The notes under the pieces were generated by a model. The model searched no databases. It saw only the letters and a program-made list of their open reading frames with translations, and was not told the origin of the DNA. DNA of 49,388 nucleotides from contig JBDSBN010000376.1 of NCBI GenBank assembly GCA_039921585.1, positions 1-49,388 of the forward strand, written 5' to 3'. This stretch comes from Ginsengibacter sp. Lineage in GTDB: Bacteria; Bacteroidota; Bacteroidia; Chitinophagales; Chitinophagaceae. The translations under genes and the position numbers were made by a program. This document shows positions 42,145-49,388 of this stretch, in pieces (the stretch's first letter is position 1; each line of letters opens with the position of its first letter).

Positions 42145-45138
42145 ATGAGGAAATCATTTTGCAACACGAACCTTTTTGGGAAGTTACTGCTTGGCGGAAT
42201 TGTTATTCTTTTTGCTTCTACATCATTACATGCTCAGACTGATTCGGATGATCGGTCGCATACTGTAAGTAATGTAAAAGCTCCTTCATCGGATACGATC
42301 ATTCCTGTAGTTACAAGTGGAATCATATTAAATACATTAGCGGCTAAGTTTAAAAATATAGCGAATAATGTACAAATGAGTCATGTGAATACAAAGCCGT
42401 TTATTTCTTTGCAACAATTGGTAAAGGGAAATCTTGCCGGTGTATATGTTCAGGAGCCAACTGGCGAACCGGGTGCCGATCAGAATATTTTTGTAAGAGG
42501 CATTTCTTCTCCTTTGTTAAATAAACAGGCCTTGTTCGATAACCAGGCGGTAGTGTTTTTTAATGGAATTCCTTTAACCCGTGATAATCCATTTGCCTAT
42601 GAAATTCAGCAATACGATTTTAACAGGATTGGACCAGCCACAAATCTTCTGGCGGGAATCAATACCAGTAATATTGAATCCATTGAAGTGATTAAAGATC
42701 CTGTTACATTAGCAACTCTTGGACCAATCGCTGCAAACGGGGCAATCTGGATCACAACAAAAAACGCGAAATCAGGTTTTAGAGAAATTAGTGTGAACAC
42801 GTATTTCGGAACGGTTTTGAAACCAAACATTACTCCCATTAATGCTGCATTTGAAAATAAATTCCGTACACCTTTCTATAATGAATATGCGGCAAATGGT
42901 GACCGCACAAATTATCCGACCTTTTTAAGAGATAGCACCAACGCTGATTATTATGGACCGGCTAATTGGACGGATGAATATTATAAAAATTCACCGATTT
43001 ATTCTGTGGACCTGAGTTTAACAGGTGGTTCCGAAAGAGCGAACTTTCGTTTTTTTGCGGGGGCTACTAAGAACGCCGGAAACGCGGATGCTACTTCCCT
43101 TGACCGCTATACAGGATCTTTCTTTATAAACGTGGCTCCGTTGAAATGGTTGATGGTGAGTAGTATGATCACGTATAACCGTATGGACAGACAACGCAAC
43201 AGAAATGTTCGCGACAGGCTGGCGGAACAAAGATATCTTCCTGATCTGACGAACCCACTGACTCCTAATAAAAATTTATATACAAACTATCTGAATGAAT
43301 TTGATAAATCCATCGATAAAAATATTACGAATACGCTTCAGGGTTATGTGGCACTTTCTGCGAACCTGAGTAAAGTAAGTTATAACGGACGAATCGGTTT
43401 TGATTATAATGAAGGAACAAGAGATGTTTTTTGGCCAACAACTTTATTGGAGAAAAATAATTTTGTGTCGAACTATTTCGGATACAATCAGCGCTTTATC
43501 GTAAGTAATAGCCTGAGTTATACATTCGACCTGAACTCCAGTGGAAAATTACGTGTAGAAGGTGGCCAGAATTTTTGGGCCGATGTATATAAATATGATT
43601 ACGCGTATGCTTATAACGGGCCAAATGATTTTATTAAAATCAATGTGGTTAACGGAAATCCCGCAGCGGAAGATTATTTACAGACACGTGGTTTCAGGGT
43701 GTATTATTTCCCTTCCCGCATGCAAAATAAATTAGCCTCTTTTTATGGAAACGCTTCCTGGTCTTTGGATGACAATTTGAAAGTTTCTGCTTTGGTAAGA
43801 AGAGATGGTTCTTCGAATATGCAACCCGACAGTCGATGGTTCACTTCCTATTCCGCGGGAGCTGAATATGACATTTATCAAAAATTTATGCAACCCGATA
43901 GTAAGATTAGCGCGCTTTTGCTAACAGCTTCCTTGGGAAGAATTGGTAAATTATTAAATGATGACCGATTCAATGCGGGACCGCAATACAGAGTAGATCT
44001 GGGTTGGACTGGTGAACCGGCGATCGGCTCCTACGCGGGAATACCCGGAATTTCCCGTCCTTATTCCGCCGGATGGGTGGGATACGGAATTCCCTGGGCT
44101 TACAGCGACCAGTTAAATGTGGGAGTTCGTTTAGGATTGTTACAAGACAGGTTGAAAATAACCGCGGATGTATATAATAGGGATGATAAGAACATGCTTA
44201 TTACGGTACCTGTTCCTGCTGAGTGGGGCTATACCGGCGCGTACAAATCCTGACTGGAGGTAAATAATAAAGGAGTCGATTTATCTGTTCTCGCGAATCT
44301 ATTGCCCGAGCAAAAGAAAGGGTTGAGTTGGGTATTTACCGCCAACGCGAACTTGAATAAAAACAAATTGAAAGCCCTTCCGGGAGGAATTGACGAAGTG
44401 ATTCTTGGTGAGAATAAATTACAGGTAGGAAAACAGATCGACGCTTTCTGGATATTGCAAAACGAGGGTATCTATAAAACCGCTTCGGAAATTCCGGTAA
44501 ATCCAGCTACGAATTTGCCCTTGTCATACCAGGGAGTTGCCTTAAAAGCGGGTGATCCACGCTGGAAAGATACAAATGGTGATTTCGTTATTAATGATAA
44601 GGATAAAGTACTTAAGGGAAATTATATGCCGAAAGCCTCTGGAGGATTTGGTAGTAATTTTGGTTACAAAGATTTCTCCCTGGATGTGCATTTCTATTTT
44701 GTTCTTGGTCGTAATGTTTTAAATCAATACGCTTCTACACGGCTTGATTTTGTAAATACAGAATCCAATAATGATATCAATTCAGTCAAAGAGATTACGT
44801 ATTGGGAAAAGAAAATGGATTTATCCGGCTACCCGGTTTACAATCCATGGAGTGATGTGGTCCCCTATCGCCAAAGCCAGGATCTATTCCTGGATGACGC
44901 GTCTTTCTTAAAATTAAGAAGCCTTACTCTTGGATATGATCTTTCCAAACTCATCCTTAAAAAAGGACAATCACAGACAGTTAGAAAAGCCTTGTTGTAT
45001 TTCACCGGCACTAATTTATTAACAGTCACCAAATTCAAGGGCGATGATCCTGAATTGGCAGGATACAACGGGATTTATAATGGATATGGTTTACGCATAC
45101 CTTCTTCAGTGATTGTAGGTGTTAGACTGGATTTATAA
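42145..45138 (+). pseudogene. SusC/RagA family TonB-dependent transporter interrupted by one in-frame TGA (possibly a sequence error)
   Basis: ORFs 42088..44253 and 44302..45138 share a frame: AYKS*LEVNNKGVDL. Plug motifs (IESIEVIKD, AANGAIWITTK), RRDGSS, GDPRWKDTNGD, SFLKLRSLTLGY. ATG at 42145 gives a signal peptide. Confidence 0.85.
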
Positions 45139-45181
45139 AAATTAAACAAGCTTTTGATCTTTTTCAAAAACCAATACAGGA

Positions 45182-46759
45182 ATGATGAAAATTAAATACA
45201 GATTCGCATACATAATGGTTTCAGTGGTATTAGGATGTCTTGTCCTGATTACTTCATGCAACAAGCAATTGGATGTAAAATCTCCCAGGCAGCAGGATGA
45301 AAAAAAACAATGGACAAAATACGAAGATGCCCGTAGTGGATTATTTGGTTTGTACGGTTTGTTCCGCGCGGCGGTAGCGGATAATAACGCTCATTGGCTT
45401 TACGGGGAACTTCGACAGGGTGATTTCAGGTCAGTGACTCGTCCGGACCTGAAAGCGATAGTGGAAGGGAAACTAAACGCTTCTTATCCGGCGATTCAAA
45501 GTATTACGAATTGGCGTCGTTTTTACGCCGTGATCAATGCCTGTAATTTATTTATCGAAAGAGCAAATGGTTGCCTGGCTGATAAGAGATATACGGAGGC
45601 ATATTATAAATTGGACATCGCGCAGGCTAAAACGATCCGCGCATTTGTATATTTTTATATGGTAAGGATATGGGGCGATGTTCCCTTGATCACGACTACA
45701 AAAGAAGGAGAATTTGAAGCCCTTCCGCGCTCCAAATCAGAGGATGTTCTGGCATTTGCAGAAAAAGATCTGATTGAAGTCGCGTCGCGTTTGCCATTTT
45801 TATATTCAGGAAATGATCCGGAACAAATATATCCGGCTAACTATTATGAGAATAGCTCTGATTTCTGGTTAAATACGCCTCTTAATCGCTTGGCCGCCTA
45901 TTCATTATTAAGTCATATTGCTGCCTGGAGCGGGCGCTACATTGATGTGGCGATCTATACGGAATACATTGTAAATAATTTCCAGAAAAGCAATTTAGGC
46001 ATGCTGGGCATAAACGGTTTGACAGGAGCAGCCGGAAGCAGCGGCGGTAGTGTTTTTGATACGAGACAAAATAATTTTAATCAACTGATCGGTTTTAGTT
46101 TCATTCAGAATAGGGGTGAAACGTCCACCAGCGGCCATATTGAGCAATTAACCCTTGCGAATACGACCCGCTACCCGATGAGTAAACAAAGTCCGGACAT
46201 CTATGTTCCCAAGGAAATTATATCTGAAATGTTTCCGGCGGAAAATGGGAATGATGATCGTTTTGGTTTGGATAAACGGTTCACACCGGCTTTAATTTCT
46301 GAAGCATATTTTGAAAACTATAATTCGGAGATCCCCGTCTTTAAAAAGATCCGTGTAATTGATGGCGGCGCGGGCGCCACCGGACAATTCGCTGTATTTA
46401 ATTCTGCCATCATTTTCACCAGGTTGGAGGAGATCAGATTGTTAAGGGCAGAGGCCTTAACGGTTTTGGGCCAGGCATCCGGTGCGGCGGAGGAGCTGAA
46501 TAAAGTAAAAGTAAACCGGAATGTGAAACCTTATTCTGTAGGCTCTCCGGTAGATTTATTGACGGCAATTTTTGACGAAAGAAGAAGGGAACTTTTGGGC
46601 GAGGGCTGGAGATGGTATGACCTTGTTCGATACAACAGGATCAAACGGAACGATCCGTTATTTAATAAACTACTAGATGAAGGTGGAATTTACTGGCCTG
46701 TTTCCCAGGAGGTTTTAAACAGGAACCACAACATAACTCAAAACAGCTACTGGAAATAA
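45182..46759 (+). CDS. SusD/RagB family lipoprotein
   Basis: Lipobox ITSC, RAFVYFYMVRIWGDVP, RLEEIRLLRAEA, ERRRELLGEG.RWYDLVR, QNSYW. Confidence 0.95.
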   Translation: MMKIKYRFAYIMVSVVLGCLVLITSCNKQLDVKSPRQQDEKKQWTKYEDARSGLFGLYGLFRAAVADNNAHWLYGELRQGDFRSVTRPDLKAIVEGKLNASYPAIQSITNWRRFYAVINACNLFIERANGCLADKRYTEAYYKLDIAQAKTIRAFVYFYMVRIWGDVPLITTTKEGEFEALPRSKSEDVLAFAEKDLIEVASRLPFLYSGNDPEQIYPANYYENSSDFWLNTPLNRLAAYSLLSHIAAWSGRYIDVAIYTEYIVNNFQKSNLGMLGINGLTGAAGSSGGSVFDTRQNNFNQLIGFSFIQNRGETSTSGHIEQLTLANTTRYPMSKQSPDIYVPKEIISEMFPAENGNDDRFGLDKRFTPALISEAYFENYNSEIPVFKKIRVIDGGAGATGQFAVFNSAIIFTRLEEIRLLRAEALTVLGQASGAAEELNKVKVNRNVKPYSVGSPVDLLTAIFDERRRELLGEGWRWYDLVRYNRIKRNDPLFNKLLDEGGIYWPVSQEVLNRNHNITQNSYWK

Positions 46760-46780
46760 TTGTAAACGCATTTTTTTAAA

Positions 46781-47521
46781 ATGAATTCAGGCAAAATGAA
46801 GAAGGAAAATACATTTATATTAAAACCGTTGATACAGGCGGGTCTGGCAATATGCCTCCTGCTGCTCGTGGGCGTATCGTGTAAAAAAACGGATAAGACA
46901 TATGTCAATTATCAACCGACCGCCGGTAATTTTAATGGCAGTGCTTTGCAATATTTACAGGCCCAGCCGGGTCTTTATGATTCGATGCTTCTTGTGCTGA
47001 AAAGGGTTCCCCGCCTCGCAGATAGTTTAAGTAAGGCAGAGGTGACTTTGTTTGCTGTACCCAATAAAAGTTTCTCACTAGCTCTTCAAAATATAAACCA
47101 GGCGCGGAAGGATTCAATTCCTTCGATGCCGGCTATATCCTGGAGCACCATTAACGCAGCGGTGATCGATTCATTTCTTTGCCGATATATTTTGCATGGT
47201 AAGCATGTGAGTACAGATATTTCAAATTTAGCGGATGGATTATTTTTCCCTACAATTGGTTATACCAGCAGAACAGGAACGGATACCAGTTATAATATGC
47301 AAATGCAATTTACCCGCACAAATGCTTCGGGTTATGTAGGCGGCGGGCCCAAGGCTATTATTTACAGCGATCCGAAAGGGTCTATATTCTTTCGTTATTG
47401 GGTAAGGGTAAATACCATTACGGTGGATATAAAGAGCAGCAACGCGATTGTGCATTTGTTGCCTCCGGGTCATGATTTTGGGTTTGGGGATGAATTTGTG
47501 AAGGCGGTTAATTTCAGGTAA
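46781..47521 (+). CDS. Fasciclin (FAS1)-like lipoprotein
   Basis: Lipobox GVSC, H1-like TLFAVPNKSF, H2-like SNAIVHLL. Confidence 0.75.
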   Translation: MNSGKMKKENTFILKPLIQAGLAICLLLLVGVSCKKTDKTYVNYQPTAGNFNGSALQYLQAQPGLYDSMLLVLKRVPRLADSLSKAEVTLFAVPNKSFSLALQNINQARKDSIPSMPAISWSTINAAVIDSFLCRYILHGKHVSTDISNLADGLFFPTIGYTSRTGTDTSYNMQMQFTRTNASGYVGGGPKAIIYSDPKGSIFFRYWVRVNTITVDIKSSNAIVHLLPPGHDFGFGDEFVKAVNFR

Positions 47522-47555
47522 ACAAGGTTTATAAAAAGCAAGGAAAAAAAATAAA

Positions 47556-48608
47556 ATGAATAAGATAAAAACATATAATACTGGTACGAACAGGGCATTA
47601 TTGCTCACAGTGGTTCTTACTGCCATTATTTTTATATCCTGTAAAAAATATTTGCCGGAAGATAGAGAAACGGTGGGGGCGGATTCTCAATTTACTCAAA
47701 TGGTATATCAGCCTGTTTTAGGACGCACCACGTTGTTTTCTGAAAATTTTTTCCAGGGCAGTACCTCCTTTCCCGCTGAGTTTAAGATCGTAAACCCAAG
47801 ACGAAGGAATGGGGAAGCGGCTCCGGAATTATTGGATCTCTTTCCCGTAAAGGTTTGGAAGAAAGCTTACACGGGTGAAGAAAAAACACTGGAAGAGATC
47901 GAAGCGAAAAGGGTCATTCAAAATCGCCCGTTATTCGAAATTTTTCCAAGGTCTGGACAATTCACTATGTGGGCTGAGGCTAAATCAAGCTTTATCCGCA
48001 CACAACCCGATTCAGGCTATGTATTTGATGTGGAGTTAACAAATTCAGGCGGAAGAAGATATTATAAAGGAATGCTTCTGAAACCTTTTAAAGAAAGGCC
48101 TTTTGAACCTTCAAATTTGAATCCGGTTACAGGGCAGCCATCTTCCAACGGAATATCTCCTTCTCTTGTAATTATGAAAGGGGTCTCAAAAGACAGATAT
48201 CTTTCCAGTTATGATATAGACGTGTATATACGGAAAAGACAAAATATTGCCAAACCTGCGAACACACTTCGTTTTATGTTCCTGGATAGTTTGTATAAAC
48301 CAATGAATCCGGCTCTTTTTTCTTCTACAGATTGGAAAAATCTAGTTCATGGATTCAATATGAAAATGAGCGATACAGCCGTGACTTACGATGTCGCTTA
48401 TCCGATTCCGTTGGTAGCGATTCCTACAAGATATACCACACCAGGCTTTGGCGGTTTGGCTCGTGTGGAATTCTCTTATCCCCGCCTGGGATTCGGAGGC
48501 TTCCGCGACAATGGATTATTACGATTGGATTTCGCCATATACGAACCCGGAGATTGGGAAATAGTCTTCGCATTTAAAAGAGACAATCCAAAATTTAAAA
48601 ACGATTAG
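47556..48608 (+). CDS. PUL-associated lipoprotein (DUF5007-like)
   Basis: Lipobox FISC, PVLGRTT, YVFDVELTNSGG, YDVAYPIP; lies between SusD and a second SusC. Confidence 0.7.
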   Translation: MNKIKTYNTGTNRALLLTVVLTAIIFISCKKYLPEDRETVGADSQFTQMVYQPVLGRTTLFSENFFQGSTSFPAEFKIVNPRRRNGEAAPELLDLFPVKVWKKAYTGEEKTLEEIEAKRVIQNRPLFEIFPRSGQFTMWAEAKSSFIRTQPDSGYVFDVELTNSGGRRYYKGMLLKPFKERPFEPSNLNPVTGQPSSNGISPSLVIMKGVSKDRYLSSYDIDVYIRKRQNIAKPANTLRFMFLDSLYKPMNPALFSSTDWKNLVHGFNMKMSDTAVTYDVAYPIPLVAIPTRYTTPGFGGLARVEFSYPRLGFGGFRDNGLLRLDFAIYEPGDWEIVFAFKRDNPKFKND

Positions 48609-48672
48609 CGCCCACCTGCATTATAAATAAAATAATTATGAACGAATTGATAATCTGTAAAACTGAAATGAA

Positions 48673-49388
48673 ATGAGATATGTATTTACTCTGGGGCTGC
48701 TGCTGCTATTCACGGCATTCTCTAACATAAGTTTTGCACAGAACAAAATAACCGTAAAGGGAGTAGTGAAGGAAAAATCGGGTGCGAACAAAGCCGGTGT
48801 AACCATTTCTACCGGTAAACCCTTGAAATCCATTGGTAGCACCAATGAGAATGGAGCCTTTGATGTATCGGTTGAAGCTGGTAGTACGCTTGTTTTTACA
48901 CACATAGGTTTCACAAAAACAGAAAGAAAAGTATCCGCTTCTACAAGCAATTTAACGATTGTGATGGCGGAAACGGACAATTCCATGGAAACGGTCGTTG
49001 TACAGGGATTTACCAAAAAAACAAGGGAAACTTCCACCGGCGCCAGTACGATTATATCCGGTAAATCGATCCAGGATGTACCCGTATCGAATGTAATGGA
49101 ATTATTACAGGGTCGGGTTGCAGGATTAAATATTCAGAATAATACCGGTTCTCCCGGAGGTATGGGAACCATTAATCTGAGGGGTGTTTCCAGTGCGAGT
49201 GTGGGTGCGGATGGGTTTATCTCTCCTACCTCTCCCTTGTTTGTGATCGATGGTGTACCTGTGGATGTAAATACAAATTATGAATATGGTTTCCAGGGTG
49301 GTGGCCCGGGTATTAGTCCTTTGGCATTGATTCCACGGGAAGATATTGAGCAAATGGAATTTTTAAAAGATGCCGCTTCTACCTCCAT
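48673..49388 (+). CDS. Second SusC/RagA family TonB-dependent transporter (partial, runs off the window)
   Basis: Manual translation MRYVFTLGLLLLFTAFSNISFAQNKITVKGVV...ETVVVQGF...LQGRVAGLNIQNNTGSPG...PLFVIDGVP...IEQMEFLKDAAST. Confidence 0.93.
   Translation, partial: MRYVFTLGLLLLFTAFSNISFAQNKITVKGVVKEKSGANKAGVTISTGKPLKSIGSTNENGAFDVSVEAGSTLVFTHIGFTKTERKVSASTSNLTIVMAETDNSMETVVVQGFTKKTRETSTGASTIISGKSIQDVPVSNVMELLQGRVAGLNIQNNTGSPGGMGTINLRGVSSASVGADGFISPTSPLFVIDGVPVDVNTNYEYGFQGGGPGISPLALIPREDIEQMEFLKDAASTS

Noticed and set aside
48638-48676. 12-codon ORF MNELIICKTEMK* overlapping the SusC2 start
   Set aside because: Too short to support; SusC2 has a complete signal peptide from 48673. It may be chance or a one-base slip in ATGAAATGAGA.

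Overview
AT-rich Bacteroidota chromosome segment, most like Chitinophagaceae (TAnnTTTG -7 promoters, SusC/SusD genes). In order: a decayed JAB/MPN-like toxin gene with a downstream lipoprotein; an S9 peptidase; a split ATP synthase cluster (atpBEFH, then separately promoted atpA, no atpG/D/C); purH; comEC; a SAM-I riboswitch with two methionine-pathway genes; a small-protein/nucleotidyltransferase pair; a TPR sensor kinase and NarL-type regulator followed by five uncharacterised exported-protein genes; a candidate structured RNA; a PD40-OmpA gene; housekeeping genes (acpP, fabF, rnc, gpsA, pepE, nfeD/SPFH); and a GH2 gene divergent from a tandem-SusC polysaccharide utilisation locus. The best candidate for an undescribed system is the 16.8-26.9 kb module, where a TATAAC-N4-GTT(A/C)TA palindrome starts exactly 40 nt before a -7-like box at both the regulator gene and the target operon. 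Three in-frame stops and five motif-breaking substitutions are each explained by a single G:C->T:A change, so several apparent pseudogenes may be artefacts. Family assignments come from motif recognition only; no searches were run.
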